In this document: positions 59,332-64,000 of the stretch, one piece after another
How the letters are laid out: every line of letters starts with the position of its first letter
Position numbering within the stretch: the stretch's first letter is position 1
Assembly (NCBI GenBank): GCA_963816965.1
Contig: CAWFMP010000002.1
Location: forward strand, 109,558-173,557
Source of the DNA: an uncultured delta proteobacterium
Lineage (GTDB): Bacteria; Myxococcota_A; Polyangia; Palsa-1104
Length of the DNA stretch: 64,000 nucleotides
Direction: 5' to 3'
Position numbers and translations under genes: made by a program
The notes under the pieces: generated by a model
Seen by the model: the letters and a program-made list of their open reading frames with translations, nothing else
The model's database searches: none
Told to the model about the DNA's origin: nothing

Positions 59332-60650
59332 ATGCGGCGGTTCGGCCCCTTCGAGCTGGTGGCGCGGCTCGGCCGCGGCGGAAGCGCCGAGGTCTGGCGT
59401 GCCGTACACCGCGGCGCGCATGGCTTTTCGCGCACCGTCGCGCTCAAGCGCCTCCTGCCCGAGCGGCTCTCCGACGAGAGATTCCGCGCATCACTGCTCG
59501 CCGAGGCGCGCCTGGCCGCGCGCCTCACGCACGCCAACGTGGCGCAGGTGCTCGACGTCGTCGAGGCCGGCGGCGAGCACGCGATCGTGATGGAGCTGGT
59601 CGACGGCTGCGACCTGCGCGCGCTGATGCGAGCGATGGCGCCCCTGGGCCCGCCGCCGGCGGGGCTGGGCGCATTCGTCGTGCACGAGGTCTGTCGCGCG
59701 CTCGGCGCAGCGCACGGCCTGCGGCCGCCGATCCTGCATCGCGACGTCAGCGCCACCAACGTGCTCGTCGCCCGCGCCGGCGCGGTCAAGCTCGCCGACT
59801 TCGGCATCGGCAAGGCGCTGGAGACCGCGTCCACCGATGGCACCGCACCCGGCGTCGTGCGCGGCAACCTGGGCTACATGGCGCCCGAGCAGCTCGCGCG
59901 CGCGCCGGTGTCGCCCGCGACCGACGTCTACGCGGCGGGCGTGCTCCTGTGGGAGCTGTTGACCGGGCGCCGGCTGTTTCGCCGCGGCGTTCGATCTGGC
60001 GGCGTCGGCAGCGGCGCGGCAGCAGCCGATCGCGCGCGCCGTCGACGGTGAATCCGGCGGTGCCGGCGGCGCTCGACGCGCTATGCGCGCGCGCGACCAG
60101 GACGGCTCCGGCGGAGCGCTGGCACGACGGCGCGGCCATGGCGCAGGCGCTCGAGCCGCAGGCGCACGCGCTCGGCTTCGGGCCAACGCAGCTGGCGGCG
60201 CTGATGCGCGACTTCGCGCCGCCGGCCGTCGAGGACGAACCGGCGCGACACACCGTGACGGTGGGCGGCAGCGCCGGCGCCACGGCTGACGCTGCCGGCG
60301 CCATGGCCGGCGGTGCCGGCACCGATGCCGGCGGCGCCACCGCGACGGTCGTCGATCCGCCGCGCGCCGCGTCGCCCCGTCGCGCTCGCTTCGCCCTCGC
60401 CGCTGCCTTGGGCGCCGCCGCGGGGTTCGGCACCTTCCTCGCCTGGCCACGCCACGTGGAGGAGCTGGCGCCGCCCCCGCGCCCGGCGCAGCCGGCGCCA
60501 GCGACACCCCAGCCGGTGGCGACGAAGATCGCCAAGCCGCCCGTCGCTGACGCGCCGTCGAAGCCGGCGATCGCACACAAACCGCAGTCCAAGAGGCCGA
60601 CGCCGCCCGACCTCGTCGACGGCAAGCTGCTCAATCCGTTCAAGCGCTAG
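59332..60650 (+). CDS. Hanks-type Ser/Thr protein kinase with a Pro-rich TM-anchored C-terminus, two frame breaks
   Basis: GRGGSAEVW, VALKRL, HRDVSATNVLV, DFGIGK, GNLGYMAPEQ. Breaks near 59987 and 60037 join ..LLTGRRLFRR / AFDLAASAAARQQPIAR / PSTVNPAVPAALDALCARA..ERW. Confidence 0.75.
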
Positions 60651-60666
60651 CGTATACTGCACGCGA

Positions 60667-61989
<1,323 letters not shown>

Positions 61990-62039
61990 GGGCGAGCGCA
62001 TAGGCTGCACCGGCCTGCACTGAAGCTCGATTCGCGCTC

Positions 62040-62761
62040 ACCCCAGGGTTCGCCTCGATTGACCTGCTGCGGACGATCCGCGCGGTCGCCTCGAGGACTA
62101 CGTCCTCGCTCCCCCGGTCGAAATACCGACGGGTCTCATGATTCATCACATCTCGGCGCGAGCTCTCGAAACGTTCCGCTTTCAGACCCGCGTCGCATCG
62201 AGAGCGCGCCGGAGCGCCACGTCCGGCTCCGCGCGCACTGCCCCGCTGGGCTCAAACAGTCCTCGCCACCGGACCGCTGTGCTCGATTCCACCCCTTGCC
62301 TGTGCTGCGGAACTCGCCCAGCGGGGCAGTGCGCGCGGAGCCTCTGTGCTCGTCCAAAAACCGGACGGTCGCAGCGGGTGGGGAGGCTGCTCTCGGCAAT
62401 CGTGCTTGGCGGAAGGTTCCCACGAGCCCATGGAGCGGGCGGTCGTCGGAGCCGTCTTGCCGGGCGTCGAGGAGCGCTCCGCCGCGCAGCGGCGGACGCC
62501 AGCGACGAGCCGAGGGCCCGGACGTGCCGCCGGCCGGTAAGGCCGCCGGCGTAGCGGGCCCGTCCCGGCAAGACGGCTCCGACGACCGCCCGCGGCCCAC
62601 CGGCGCCTACCGGCGGCACTGACGCTGCTCGCTCAATCAAACGCGGAGATGTGATGAATCATGAGACCGACGGGTATTCCTCGGTCGGTCGCTCCGGTCG
62701 CATCCACGATCCGCCTCACGCGGCTCGCCCTCGCTTGCTCAACCGAAGCGAACCCTGGGGT
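62040..62761. repeat. Intergenic palindromic element (23-bp outer arms, 3 mismatches) interrupted by MITE copy B
   Basis: ACCCCAGGGTTCGCCTCGATTGA at 62040-62062 pairs with the rc of 62739-62761 (ACCCCAGGGTTCGCTTCGGTTGA). It sits between convergent genes. Without the MITE and its duplication it is about 180 bp. Confidence 0.45.
62135..62665 (-). mobile_element. MITE-like non-autonomous element, copy B (531 bp), inverted relative to copy A
   Basis: Perfect 20-bp TIRs CTCATGATTCATCACATCTC / GAGATGTGATGAATCATGAG. Perfect 10-bp direct duplication ACCGACGGGT at 62125-62134 and 62666-62675. Confidence 0.8.
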
Positions 62762-64000
62762 TAGAACTTGCCCAGGAAGGCGGCGATCGCGTCGCGGTTG
62801 CGCTGCAGCGTCGCCTCACAGGTCCTTGCGCCCGCGAATCCGTCGTCGAGCGCGTGCGGCGCGCCCGGGTGCGAGCGGGCGCGCGGCACCAGGAACGCCT
62901 CCAGCGCCTGCCGGTGCGCCGCATCGCAGAACGCGCCCGGCACGGCACCGAACAGCCACAGCGTCTCGTCCTCGCGCATGCGCGACACGATCTCGTCCAG
63001 GTGTTGCTGCAAGAACGCCCAGGTCGGCTCGCGCGTCTCGCGAGCGAACAGCGCCCGATAGACGATGCCGACGCTGTCGCGCAGGTCGAACTCCTTGCCG
63101 GTGACGATGGCGAGCGCTCGCCGATTGAGCGCCGGCGCGTGGAACGAGCCCAGGGCGCCGAGGAGCATGGCGCGCTCGCGCCGGTCCTTGACCTTGTGCG
63201 CCTCGGCGAGCAGCCGATCGAACAGCTTGGGATCGTCGCTCAGCGTCGCCATGCCGAGCGCCGCCGACACCATGTCCGGCGCCACCGCCTTGCGATTGGC
63301 GAGCCAGCGGTCGACGAGCGCGTGCGCCTGGGCGACCGTGGCGTGATCGTGCGCGTACCGCGCGATCATGCCCAGCAGCATCGGCCGCACGTTGGCCATG
63401 TCGGGATCCTCGCCTTGGCGCGGCGCCCAGCCGACGGTGCGGGCGCGCGCCCCGACCAACTTGTCGACGGCGCGCCCGAAGGCCGCCAGCTGCGCGTCGC
63501 TCAGCTCGCGCGGATTGAGCCCCCACAGGAGGCTGACGCCGTGACGATAGACGCGCAGGTCGTCGTCGGCGAGGAAAGTCGGCAGCAGATCGAGCGCGGC
63601 GCCGAGCGGCAGCGTCCCCTGGTCCGCCTCGGCGCCGACGTCGGCGGCCAGCTGCGCCCGCTCGCGCGGGGTCAGCGCCGTGGCGAACGGCGCCCGCAGC
63701 GCCTGCAGCGTCGGCGCATCGTAGCGCGTGTGGTAGTAGCCGGCGCCGTCGGCGTTCGCCACCAGCCAGCGTGGGCAGGAGGTCAGCGTCACCTCCTTCT
63801 CCGGTGTGTCGAGCAGCGCACAGGTCCGGCCGCCGTCCCACTTCAGGCACACCGGCACGTGCCAGCTCTGCGTCGACGGTCGGTCGCCCGCCGTGAAGAA
63901 GCGCTTCTGCGACAGCGTCACCCGCGCCTTGCCGCCGTCGCAGCGCACCGCCGCCGACACGATCGGCACGCCCGGCTGATCGATGAACGAGCGCATCACG
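62761..64000 (-). CDS. M1-family aminopeptidase, C-terminal (ERAP1_C-like helical) part; the gene continues beyond the window
   Basis: ..FIDQPGVPIV..RVTLSQKRF...WHVPVC.....WLVANADGAGYYHTRY.. followed by a long all-helical domain is typical of the C-terminal half of aminopeptidase N-like enzymes. The stop is at 62761-62763. Confidence 0.75.
   Translation of the reverse strand, partial: VMRSFIDQPGVPIVSAAVRCDGGKARVTLSQKRFFTAGDRPSTQSWHVPVCLKWDGGRTCALLDTPEKEVTLTSCPRWLVANADGAGYYHTRYDAPTLQALRAPFATALTPRERAQLAADVGAEADQGTLPLGAALDLLPTFLADDDLRVYRHGVSLLWGLNPRELSDAQLAAFGRAVDKLVGARARTVGWAPRQGEDPDMANVRPMLLGMIARYAHDHATVAQAHALVDRWLANRKAVAPDMVSAALGMATLSDDPKLFDRLLAEAHKVKDRRERAMLLGALGSFHAPALNRRALAIVTGKEFDLRDSVGIVYRALFARETREPTWAFLQQHLDEIVSRMREDETLWLFGAVPGAFCDAAHRQALEAFLVPRARSHPGAPHALDDGFAGARTCEATLQRNRDAIAAFLGKF

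Overview
This is a 64-kb, very GC-rich (about 70% or more by eye) bacterial chromosomal segment. The gene content looks myxobacterial: MYXO-CTERM-like sorting tags, Cys-rich lipoproteins, a Ser/Thr kinase next to an FHA-sigma54 activator, and many PAS/GAF sensors. I can support about 55 protein-coding genes. I saw no rRNA, tRNA or CRISPR array.

Main content, in order:
- minC.
- A 1197-aa PAS/GAF histidine kinase, followed by an ABC ATPase and an ABC-2 permease fused to an M1 peptidase.
- A lipoprotein cytochrome c with about 24 haems.
- A sensor cluster (histidine kinase, HTH-PAS-PilZ protein, pseudo-receiver) next to an octahaem membrane cytochrome.
- Two paralogous secreted proteins built from repeated modules.
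- A divergent cluster: SDR / MMPL on one strand, amino-acid dehydrogenase / ATP-grasp / patatin on the other.
- Hsp20 plus a protein built from 8-residue repeats.
- A decayed IS630-family element inserted at the pdxH stop codon.
- A translationally coupled operon of lipocalin-like lipoprotein, OM barrel, alpha/beta hydrolase and a double PHB-depolymerase-type esterase.
- A module of BNR lipoprotein, TPR protein, Ser/Thr kinase and FHA-sigma54 activator.
- Two copies of a roughly 0.53-kb MITE-like element with 20-bp terminal inverted repeats and 10-bp target duplications.

At least about 15 single-base frame breaks are concentrated in a few genes (both cytochromes and 56.6-61.7 kb). They are either assembly indels or real gene decay.

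All family assignments come from motifs I recognised by eye. No searches or computations were run, so boundaries and start codons are approximate where I say so.
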